Positions 50,060 to 61,850 of a stretch of 64,000 nucleotides of DNA are shown one piece after another (position 1 is the first letter of the stretch; every line of letters begins with the position of its first letter). This stretch comes from Octopus sinensis (taxonomy: Eukaryota). The notes under the pieces were generated by a model. That model saw only the letters and a list, made by a program, of their open reading frames with translations, did no database searches and was not told the origin of the DNA. The translations under genes were made by a program, and so were the position numbers. Where the stretch lies: NCBI RefSeq assembly GCF_006345805.1, contig NC_043008.1, positions 35,712,001 to 35,776,000 of the forward strand. Reading direction: 5' to 3'.

Positions 50060-50529
50060 TTAACCCCTTAACATTCAGATGACTCAGTCAAATGCATTGC
50101 TCATTTCTTCCCCATTATTTTCAATTAATCATGTAGCTGTGAGATTTTAATAATGTGTTTGATTGTATATTTTTAGAATGACATTGTTGGGCAGGTGTGA
50201 GAGGCTGGATCTGGCAGGTCTGGCAACAAGCTGGTAGCAATGTTAACAAGCCGGGTGGAATGCTTAGCGGTATTTCGTCTGCTGTTACGTTCTAAGTTCA
50301 AATTCTGCCGAGGTCAACTTTGCCTTTCATCCTTTCAGGGTTGATAAATTAAGCACCTGTTATGCACTGGGGTCGATACAATCGACTTAATCCATTTTTT
50401 CTGTCCTTGTTTGTCCCCTCTGTGTTTACCCCCTTGTGGGCAGTAAAGAAATAGGATCTGGCAGGTCTGAATGTAAAACAAGTAGAATATTTTGGTTGGA
50501 TATGGTTGGTTTAAATGGTAAAGGATTAA
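50060..50529. mobile_element. piggyBac-like MITE with a Nin-like SINE (50223-50453) inserted
   Basis: TTAA at both ends. 16-bp TSD ggatctggcaggtctg at 50207-50222 and 50454-50469. Confidence 0.85.
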
Positions 50530-52292
50530 AGTGGTTGATGGCATTATGAAAAAAATATAGAAAAATAAAACAACCAATGAAGAACACCAGAAGAGGGGAG
50601 AAGGGAACAGCTATCCAAAACACAAACTTCTATGCAATTGATTTGAATAAAGATTTTGGTTTGAAATTCCAAGAATGTTACTGAACACATTTTATATGTT
50701 TCTGTTTTTTTTTTATGTATCTTTAAAAAAAAAACATCATAGAACATGATTTGAGGAATGTGATTGTAGAATGCGATTTAGCTGCTATTTCTGGTAGGTC
50801 AAGTAAGAGTGTAGAACAGAGGCTCCCTTGGTGGTTTGTGGAAAGCAGACTTTTATACAGATCTGACAGTTTCACAACACACTTACATTGATTTATATTC
50901 AGAGGTTTTTCTCACCATCTTTCATTGCTGTATTTTTATATCTGAAAGACATGACATATCGATCATTCCATATATTTCACATTTTTACCATCTTTTATGA
51001 CTATGTCTGGTCAGCTGGACTCTATTCTTTACTTCTCTATATACACAGACATATACACAATTAATATAGACCACATACAGACAGCTAATGTACTCATACT
51101 ACATTGATGGTTATTACCACATTAATTTATTTAATAATATTCTCAGATTTCTAACTATATAATTAATTTTCTTTTTTTACAATTTTTACTATTGTAAATC
51201 TATTTTTCATAGCAATCATGGATAGGTTGACTTTCGTTTTTTTTTGTCTTCTTTTTGCTTTTTCTTTCATTTCAAATCTATTTTCAGTAACTCTCATGGC
51301 TAGAATGGCTTTTTTACCATTAACTTTTATGACATCCCTTATGATATAAAACCTTGAATGGACGAAAGCCACAGTTGAACCAGCAAGATTTGAACTCAGA
51401 TCATAAAGGGAGTTTTTACAAAGCTATTATGTGTAGAATGAGTTTCCACAAATTTGAACATTTACATATTGATAGAGGAATCAATTATTTTTTTATAAAT
51501 GGAAACTCTGTCCAACCTATGCAAGCATGGAAAAAAGACAGACATAAAATGAAAATAATGCTGGTGAGGAGAAGAGCAGGATGGTGATGCTACTGATGCT
51601 GCTGCTGATGATGGTGAGGAGGGGGAGGGGGAGGAGAGGAGAAGAGAAGGAGGGGAAGAAGAGAGGAGGAGGGGGATAAGAGAGGAGGAAGATGAAGAGG
51701 AGAGGAAGAGGAGGAAGATGAAGAGGGGAGGAGAGGAGGAAGAAGAGGAGAAGGAAGAGGAGAAAAGGAGGAAGAGGAGAAGAGGAGGAGGAGGAGTGGG
51801 TACTTTTCTTATTTGACCTTTAAGAGCGGTCATTGTTTGTTAGTTGAGCAAACTAAACTATGCAGGACTATTGTGTTATGTCACAGACCTTGAGTTAACA
51901 AGGAAACCTATTAGAAATAGTAATTAAATCTCCCTCAAATTACATCCTACCATGATAAAAAGAACGAAAGGATACATTGGAAAATGTACCTCTAGATACA
52001 CGATATCTGGAAAAAAAAAGGCAAAAAGATGTTATGATCACGGTTGTAGTGCCTTTAATCATGGGCAGCTCAATCAGGACAAACCTGGAGCTAAACAACA
52101 GCAACAACAAACCAGTGTTTGTAGACTAACACAAAAACTCACAACCACTCTACCTCTTTCCAGTTCCTAAATAACCAAATAGTCTGCTTGTGTTTGCTTC
52201 CATAAATCATCATCATCATCATCTAACATCCACTTTCCATGCTGGCATGGGTTGGATGATTTGACAGGAGCTGTACCAAGCTAAACCGTCTG

Positions 52293-52592
52293 TGGAGGCA
52301 CCTGGCCTAGTGGATAGAGCATCGGACGTACGGTCGAGGGATCGCGGGTTTGAATCTTAGATCGGGTGATGTGTGTGTTTATGAGCGAAACACCTAAGCT
52401 CCACGCGGCTCTGGCAGAAGGTAATGGCGAACTTCTGCTGACTCTTTCTTCACAACTTTCTCTCACTCTTTCCTCCTGCATCTTGCAGCTCACCTGCAAC
52501 AGACCAGCATCCCATCCAGGTGGGGAACCTACACGCCAAGTAAACCAGGAAACTGGCCCTTATGAGCCAGGCATGGCTCGAGAAGGAACAAA
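52293..52592 (+). mobile_element. CpG-rich (young) tRNA-derived SINE with 16-bp TSD, inserted in an RTE tail
   Basis: Head tggcctagtggatagagcatcggac...ggtttgaatc. TSD caagctaaaccgtctg / caagctaaacagtctg. Confidence 0.85.
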
Positions 52593-53552
52593 CAAGCTAA
52601 ACAGTCTGCATTGGCATGATTGATACAGCAAGATGCCCTTCCAAATGCCAACCACTTTACAACGTGTACTGAGTGCTTTTTGCATGGCACCAGCACCAGT
52701 GAGGTTACCAAAGAACTTACAAGACAAAACCCTCAAATGATTGGAATATTGAGGGAGGCAGGTTTGTGCCAAGGTTTTTTGATAATCCTTTTTAGTAAGG
52801 GAGGCCATGGCCTTTTACAGTTCCTCCAAGACTGGTTGGAGGGTGGGAGGGAGATAAGGAAGCTGGTATCCTCAAAATGAAGGCCTGACCCAAATGCTTG
52901 TAGTATTGTGGACTTCACTAAAAGCACCCAAGAACCAGGGTGTGGTATTAAACCAGAGGTACTCAGAACACAAACTGTCAAAACAAACACCATAAGGTAT
53001 ATCATCAACCACTCTAAACTGGTATTTTATTTATTGAACCAGAAGAATAAAATGTAAAGTTGACCTCAGCAGGGTTTGAACTCATAGCACAAGAATAAAT
53101 ACCATAAGACAGTTCATCTGACAACTTTAATAATTCACTACTAATAGGGCATATATAAAATAATGATTTTGTTGCTTCATTTAACAAATTTTATCAGAAA
53201 CAATTTTCAACCATGTGCTGGTACAAAAAATTAAGGGAATTTCATAATCATAAATGATAGTTGTCCACTTTTTTATAAATACTCTTTATAGAAAGGAGCT
53301 TATTTGCACATTCAGTTTCTTTTGCTTTTTAGCATTTTAAATTTCTTTTGTGTTTAATTTCTGTTCTATTTCATAATTAGCAGCAGCGGCAGCAATTCCC
53401 CAGACATATGTCACCATTATGATAATAAAATTACCTTTATAATTACTATCATTATCTAATGAAAACATTTATTAATCAGAATAATTATTATAATTGCTAT
53501 CATTATAATAATTATATTGGAATATATTTTGGAATATCAGTAATGGTATAAT

Positions 53553-53933
53553 CCTTTCTACTATTGGTACAAGGCCTGAAATTTGGTGGGAGGGGGTAAA
53601 TCAAACTGGTACTTACTTAACCAACCCCGAAAGGATGAAAGGCAAAGGTGACTTCGATGAAATTTGAACTCAGAATGTAGCTGCAGACGAAATACCGCTA
53701 AGCATTTTGCCTGATGTGCTAACGATTCTTTTCTACACTAGGTACAAGACCCGAAATTTTGGGGGAGGGGGCCAGTCGATTAGATCAACCCCAGTATGCA
53801 ACTGATACTTAATTTATCGATCCCAAAAGGATGAAAGCAAAGTCAACCTCAGCAGAATTTGAACTCAGAATGTAAAGACAGACAAATTACCACCAAGCAT
53901 TTTACCCAGCATGCTAACAATTCTGCCAGCTCT
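53553..53933 (-). mobile_element. Nin-like SINE dimer with 13-bp TSD gtaatggtataat
   Basis: Junction tagaaaagaat|cgttagcac. TSD on both flanks. Confidence 0.8.
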
Positions 53934-54318
53934 GTAATGGTATAATGTTAGACTAACTACTTTGCACTGTATAGTTTTGTTCCATTACATTGCAGGTTCA
54001 AATTCTGTTATGGTTAACATTGTTATTCATCCTTCTGGGTCAATAAAAAAAAATCCAGTCTTCAACAGGTTTGATTTAACTAATAACAAAAATGCCCCAA
54101 AACTACTTGATCCCTTCCTACTCAAATTTTTCTTTTTGTTTTTAGGTGCTATGTCCAGAACGTAGGACATAGGTGATCGTACCTTAACACAATTCTCAGT
54201 TCTTTATTTTCTGTAATAATTTCCATTCCCTGGTGTTTAATACCCCTTTCTTCCAATCAAGCTCGGCATCCATATCATCCTTCCCCTTTCTCTGCTTCTT
54301 TTCCCTTCAATCTTTCCA

Positions 54319-54397
54319 GTCATGTAATGAAGAAAAAGGGCCTGGAGAATTTAGATAACTGTTAGATTCTTCAGGCCCTCATTCCTCATCTCATGAC
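54319..54397. ncRNA. Candidate pri-miRNA hairpin (strand undetermined)
   Basis: 36-position bulge-free stem with 31 pairs and a 7-nt loop, in sequence not repeated elsewhere in the window. No match to any conserved miRNA I recall. Confidence 0.45.
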
Positions 54398-56077
54398 CAA
54401 GAAATTTCAGTCTGTTTAGCCCTTATCTCCTGAAGCAGTTTCCTATTTACTGCAATGCAGGTCATCACTTCTTTAGACCCTTTGTCTGTTTATGCTATCC
54501 TCAATATTCTAACATTAGAAATCATTTTATTTTCAGGACAAAAAAAAAAGAAAAGAAAATAGGACAAAATAACAAAAACAGATTTAATCCATCCCTCCCC
54601 CTTTAACATCTCCACTCCTGACACCTTAGGTACCTTTAGGTGAGTCCACTCTGATGCAAGCATTCAGTTAAGGTATTTAATTTGAAGCTAATGTCCACCC
54701 TTCCAATGAATCTCAGAAACCCTGTAAAGGGGTAAAGGCAATCACTGCCTTTCTTCCACTTTAATCATCATCATCATCAGTCATCATCATCGTCATCATC
54801 ATTGTCATCATCACTTTAATGTCCACTTTTCTATGCTTGCATGTGTCAGGTGGAATTTGTTGACGTAAATTTTCTCTGCATGGATGTTCTCCCTGCTATC
54901 AAACCTCACCTGTCTCCAAGCAAGACAATATTTCCTCATGGCTGGACATGTTTTCACAGCAGACTGGAAACAAACAACACTGCTTGTGTGATGGTGATGC
55001 TCATTTACAACTACCTTGTGATGTCGAGACAAAGAGACACAGATACACATACATATATTCATACAAAAATATACATGCACACACACAGAAAAATTTGATT
55101 AGTTTTCCATTGATTGAGAAAATTATGAAGAGCCTTAATTGATTTTTGAATCCTATTGAGTTCTCATTAGAGGTGCATGCATCATTTGACCAATCCCAGA
55201 GAAACAAGGAACCAGTCTGTTCATATACACAATGGGTCTTGTAGCTTCAGAAAACAGAGGTTACCAATTTGTATGCTATATGTGCTTAACATTTTATTTA
55301 ATATCAGGGGCCTGTACCCTAAACAATAGACATACAAACCAGGGGAAATTAAGCTATTTCTCCATAGATTGAGAAAAGGATAAACAGCCAGGTTTCTTTC
55401 AATTTCCATCAAGTTCAATCCACTCACAAGACTTTGGTCTGCCTGGAGTTATACAAAAAGATACTCATCCAAAGTGCTATGTGGTGGTACTGAACATGAA
55501 ACCGTGTGGTTCAGAAGTAGAAAAAAAATCAAAGCATAAAAAACTGACTACAAATTCCAAGTTTCAAATTTTTCAGACACCAAAGGAGGAAAAATTCTCC
55601 CCAAACACCAAATTCAATCAGAGTTGAGTTTTCCTCCAAAGATCTCAACCAAATGTTGAAATATTCGTTTCAAATTTTGGCACAAGGTCAGAAATTTTAG
55701 AGGAGGGGTAGGTACCAGTGATCAGTTGGTACTTATTTTATTGACCCTGAAAATATGAAAGACAAAGTCAACCTCAGTGGAATTGAAACTCAGAATGTAA
55801 AGATGGGTGAAATGCTGCCCAGCATGCAAACACTTCTGCTAGATTGGTGCCTTGAAATGTTGGAATTGTGACAGTAATTCTGGTGACATTTTAAAAACAA
55901 AAATTTCCTAACACACCAACACTTTAATAAGCATTTTAGTAATGTTGGTATGTGAGAAAATGGTCTTTTTGCCCCATGAATGCTTCTTAAATAAATATAT
56001 TATTTCTATTTCTATCAATAACATGGTTTATTTCACTTGCTGATGGCTGAATGAAGAAAGTATATCTTTCATCATAT

Positions 56078-56199
<122 letters not shown>

Positions 56200-56290
56200 T
56201 TCTCTCTCTCACTGCTTGGACGTTTATATGTTCTGGATGTAATTTCTTAATTTCTTACAAAGGAAAAAGAGCAACGCTGTATGTATATGA

Positions 56291-56530
56291 ATGTGTATGT
56301 ATATAAGTGTGTACGTATATAAGTGTGTATGTATCTAAGCGTGTATGTATATAAGTATGTACGTATATAAGTGTGTATGTATCTAAGTATGTATGTATCT
56401 AAGTGTGTATGTATCTAAGTGTGTATGTATATAAGTGTGTATGTATATAAGTGTGTACGTCTATAAGTGTACACATATATAAGTGTGTACATATATAAGT
56501 GTGTACATATATAAGTGTATACGTATCTAA
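56291..56530. repeat. 16-bp minisatellite, 15 copies (consensus gtgtgtatgtatataa)
   Basis: Units counted directly. Confidence 0.95.
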
Positions 56531-57470
56531 CTTAAAACCTTTGTACAGACATTGCTGATACTGTCAGTCTGTGGTGGTCATGCTCGTCTAGTAAGTAAAC
56601 AACTATCATCATCATCATCATCATCATCATTTAACCCCCTCTTTCCATGCTGACATGGCCAGGATGGTTTGACAGGAGCTGGCAAGTTCAAAGAATGTGC
56701 TAAGCACTCCAGTGTCTGCTTTGGCATTGGTTTCTATGGCTGGAAGCCCTTCCTAATTCCAACCACTTTACAGGGTTCGTTGGGTACTTGCTGTTTCTGT
56801 GGAACCAGCAAGTATCAAGCAGGGCAGGAACCTTCAACCGAGTGGGGAGAAGTATTGAGGGAAATGGTTTTGTGCCAAGAGATGAGAGGTTGGAGTATGA
56901 GTAGGGGGAGAGAAAAATAGGGGTCTTGTAGTAGAGGGGATACATGACAACCTCAGTAGGGGAGAGAGAGAGAGACAAGAAAAAGGAAAGACAGTGAGGA
57001 TGTGATGGGGGTACCCTTATGCTACGTAGATGTGTATATAAGTGAAATAGAGCCAAAACTGGACAGGTTGAGAAGGGGAGGGGAAGTTTGCAAGACTGTC
57101 AAAGGGGAGAGGGAGACAGAGGGGAGAGAATGTATGTGTGTGTATATGCATTTATGTATGTGTGTGTGGATGTTTGATTCAATGTCCTCTTTATTTGTTT
57201 AATTATTTAATGATGAAAAGTGTTCAGACCATAACGCTTTTGTCTTGGCGTTAGGAAGCACATCCAGCTGTAGAAACATTGCCAGATCAGACTGGGCCTA
57301 GTGCAGCCTTCTGGCTTCCCAGACCCCAGTTGAACCATCCAACCCATGCCAGCATGGAAAGCGGATGCTAAACGACGATGATGATGATGATGATTTAATC
57401 TCTTCTCATGTAGAATTAAGGTAAGTCAAACTTCATAGCTAAACAGATATTTTTCTCTCTTTTTTCTCAC

Positions 57471-57630
57471 CTTTTTGCTATGTCCATCTTTTCTCTCAAT
57501 AGCAATCATGTTGCCCGAAAATTCAGGACTACAAACAGAAGGATCTTGAAATATGTAGTCATTAAACTGATTATCTCTCACCATTTGAATAATGATTTCT
57601 TTCAGAGCTAATTTATGAAGTGCAGGAGCA
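57471..57630 (-). other. Candidate 160-nt exon
   Basis: ttctgctttgttgacag| acceptor, AAG|GTGAGA donor, open frame APALHKLALKEIIIQMVRDNQFNDYIFQDPSVCSPEFSGNMIAIERKDGHSKK. Confidence 0.25.
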
Positions 57631-58232
57631 CTGTCAACAAAGCAGAACTGGTTACATGTGTGTGTATGTGGGTGTGTGCATATATACATATATGTATGTA
57701 TATTTATATATGTATTTATATGTGTGTGTGTATATATATATACACACAGATTTTGAATATTTCATATTCAGTATTTCATCTATTCAATATGACAATCAAT
57801 ACTTCATTTCATTTTACTATATATATATATATATATTATTTATACTATATATTCTATATTCTACAGTAATATTATAAAGAATATAAATAAACATAAAAAC
57901 AGAGGTGGAATTTCTTTGAAGAATATATATATATCTATGTATGTATGTATATATATATATATTTATATATATATTATTATATATTATATAGTTGAAATTT
58001 ACAGAAAAACAAGACAAAGTCAGGTGTCAGGAAGGTGAGAAAGTTTTTTACGTTTCGAGCTTACACTCTTCAAAAGAAAGGAACACAAAGAAATAAACAA
58101 GAGAGAGAATAAAAAAAACTTGTGGATTTAGTGGTCAATCATGGTGACTGGTTGGACACACATAAAAATACATATATATGAATATACATATATGTATATA
58201 CATATAGTTACATACATATTTATATCCAAATC

Positions 58233-58264
<32 letters not shown>

Positions 58265-58789
58265 CACAAATATATATATACATGTATACATCATCATTAT
58301 CATCATCATCATTTAACACCTGTTTTCCATGGATGGTTTGACTGAGGACTGGCGAGTCAGGAGGCTGCACCAGCCTCCAATCTGATCTAGCAAGGTTTCT
58401 ACAGCTGGATGCCCTTCCTAATGCCAACCACTCCAAGAGTACAGTGGGTGCTTCTTACTTGCCACCGGTATGTGTTTAGCCCCTTGTGGGTAATAAAGAA
58501 ATAGGTATGGGGCCAGTCAGGCAGTAGTGGCATTGACCATGCTCGAATGGTGCTTTTTATATGTCACCAGCACGGGAGCCAGTCAGGCAGCACTGGCAAC
58601 AACCGTAGGACATGCATTTATGCATGTATGTATGCATGTTGGCATGCATGCATGCATGTATGCATGTTGGTAGGTATGTTTGTTCGTATGTATGTTCATA
58701 TGTGTGTATGTGTGTGTGTATGCATGTATGTATGTATGTATGTATGTATGTATGTTTATTGTGTCAGGTCATTTTTGAGTGCTACTGGT

Positions 58790-59315
58790 AACATGTAACC
58801 CAGTACAACCTGTTGCATGGTCGGATCGTCGGCAACTAAACCGGCAACCCCACCAAGCTTGCTTGGTGAGGAGGGTGTTTATTGGACACCCTGCGGGATG
58901 AAAAACAAAACCCGTCAAAGGGCGGAGGAACTCTTGAGAGTCAACGGCCATCCAATAAATGTCTTAAGGCTGTATCATGCGCGGGGACATAGAAATAATC
59001 GGACTGAATACCCGATCGCACGGTTAAACCATTGGGAGTGAAGGACTCCTAGCCTTTGTTGGGGCATCCTTCCAAGAGAAGGTAACTCAGGTAACTGGGA
59101 TAACTCCGACATAAAACCTGCAGCTCAGTGATTACCGATGATGTTGACTTGCTCTTCTTTTCGGATTATGGCTGCTGTTGCATAGCGAGTGGGATTGAGG
59201 GCACAGCCTTTCCTCACTTTAGAAAAATCTTCTTGCACAGGCATTGCACGATAACAACATTGATTAAGCTTCGTGCAATGGCCATACTCAATAACAAGGG
59301 GGCAGCCACCATGTA
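58790..59315 (+). mobile_element. CpG-rich, multi-hairpin segment resembling an RTE LINE 5' UTR, with no ORF attached
   Basis: At least five short stems. ggataactccgacataaaacc resembles recalled RTE 5' UTR motifs. Confidence 0.45.
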
Positions 59316-60011
59316 TGTTTATGTGTATGTACGTATGTAATGTATGTCTGATTGTACATATGTATGTACGTATGAGTTTGTCAAAAGCAGGACTTGCTAG
59401 TCACATAAGATCTCATGACAGTATTTATTAACTGAAGAGATAGCCTTCTTCTGTAAAGAAGTGGCAATCATCATCATCATCATGTATGTATGTATGTATG
59501 CATATATGGGTGTGTGTGTGTATATATTGCTGGTGTTTACTTTGTCGATCCTAGATCGATGGATGAAAGACAAAAACCCGACTCAAACGGTATTTTCTTT
59601 TTTTTGTCAGAATATAAGAAGGCGTAACTAAACAATGTAATGCATTGCTCTGGTGCTAAAGGTTTTCTTCCTAATAAACAAAAAGAAATCACACATTTAC
59701 AAAGAAAGGAAGTGGGAATTATTTGATGTTCCTGCCTTTCTCAAGGTTATTAGTGGATTAAGTGACTTGAACTAACTTCAACCAAGAATTAGGTTGGCAC
59801 TGAGCTTACATTCTCATATCATCCGCAATTTTACATGTTGCTTTAAATCAATTGTCGGTTTTAACAGGAGGAGAAAAAAGGGGGAAAAAAAAGAAGCACA
59901 TCTAAAATTGCTTGTTTTCCTGCTTTTAAAATAAGAAATTGCATTTACTCGTTCGCTTATTGATTTATTTATCAATGTGTTTTTATTTTATTTTATTTAT
60001 TTTTTTCCCAG

Positions 60012-60016
60012 TTCAG
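60012..60016 (+). other. Candidate 5-nt microexon or recursive splice site
   Basis: 74 nt without AG (59936-60009), U-rich tract, cccag|ttcag|GTATGT. Confidence 0.35.
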
Positions 60017-61030
60017 GTATGTTGTTTACTCTCCTGCCTCTGAATTTAACATTTCTTCTGTAGTTTACAATGAATTGTCAAAAATGCATTTCTTTGTTTT
60101 GAGATGCTTTTATACCTGTCATCACTTCTGTACTTAAAACCGACCGTGTTGACTGGTCTGTGCGTTGCAACTGTGACACTAACACTACTCAATTCAGTTC
60201 TAATGTGAGACAATTCTATCATGGTACAGACAGGAAACCAGCAAACCATTCATGAATATCTCATTAGTATATCTCTCTATCATTCTATCTTTCTATCTCT
60301 CTCTTTCTCTCTTCCCCTCTCTATTTCTCTGCCTCTTTCTATAATAACAGATAAGTAAGCAGTAACTTTCTTAGGTCATAGCAAATAATACCAAAGTAGA
60401 TAGCCAGTGGCACACAACTATAAATAATAATAATAATAATAATAATAATTAGCCTGATGATAGAATCTTTTATTTTCCAACAGTCTAATCTGTTGTGAAT
60501 TTATGGATAATAATATGACTAATTAATAAGACGAATAATTTCTTTTATTTGCCACGAGGGTGAAAGATGAGGGGGATAATACAAAGACAGACATAAAGTG
60601 TGGGGGTTTACATATAATGGAATGATCAAAAAAAATTTTTTGAAGTTAGAGGAAAAGTATACATGGTATATATTAAAAGAAGGGAAGTATACACACCATA
60701 CAGTATTAAGAAGAAGATGAAAGAGAGAAAGATAAAAATAAGTGAGAGAGATGGGGTCCTCCTGTATCAGGGTAATTGAGAAACCCCACCATCCAAAATC
60801 ACCCTGAATACCAAAGACAAGTGCCCTTTCCAACTCCTTTCCTCCAGCTCATAGTTCTACACTTAAAGCAGTACCATCCACTCTTGCCATTTTTGCAATT
60901 TTCACCTACCTTTTGATAAATTCACTCAGGGACAGCACCTCCCTCACCATCCTCACTTTTTCAAGTGAAACTTGAAAAAGTCAGTGAGTACTTTGCCAAA
61001 GAGGAATGTCTCTGTCCTCATTCCTTTCAG

Positions 61031-61168
61031 ATAACTTCTTTCACCACAGCCACCAGGCAAATCAAAAGCACCTTGCCTGCTGAATTAAAGAAGGATGGCA
61101 GGGCAGTCATCATTATGGACTCAGCTGTTAGCACAGAATTTTGTCAGTGGACCGGTCGCGGACTCAAA
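61031..61168 (+). other. Candidate 138-nt exon, or a Penelope RT remnant
   Basis: cattcctttcag| acceptor, AAA|GTAATG donor, single open frame ITSFTTATRQIKSTLPAELKKDGRAVIIMDSAVSTEFCQWTGRGLK. ELKKD..GRAVIIMD also resembles the PLE RT motif LKKD...ADKGRAVVIMD. Confidence 0.2.
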
Positions 61169-61269
61169 GTAATGAAAATATTTTGGCAAATTAAATTTAA
61201 ATGTTGAAGTGAATCTAACAGTTTTTGTGTGTTTCTTAAATGGCTTATAAACACCTTACACGCTACAAT

Positions 61270-61371
<102 letters not shown>

Positions 61372-61785
61372 ATTTATGTGTGTGTGTGTTATTGTGTTTG
61401 TATGTTTGTGTATGTGTGTCTATGTGTGTGTAAGCATTTATTTTAAATGTGGGCTTACACCTTGTATGTAGTTTAAAGCCTGTGCACAATGAGTTGAAAC
61501 GATCATAGTGAATAATAAAGAGCCTTGTGAACTCCATTTTTTTCTCTCATGTCATATACATATATATATATATGTATGTGTGTATATATATATATATATA
61601 TATGAGTGTATATATATACATTTCATAATGTGATGTAAGTCTTTGGTATAGCAATTGCATGCGGCTGAAGAGAGCTTTAAACCATCCTTTATGTTGATTA
61701 GACATTGATGTAAAAATAGGTTGTTTTTATAAAGCTTGAAACACGTGTACCGCGACATCCTTTGTGTTCTGTTTTTTATTTCATT

Positions 61786-61850
<65 letters not shown>

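Noticed and set aside
56291-56530. Regular array as a CRISPR
   Set aside because: No spacers, and the context is eukaryotic.
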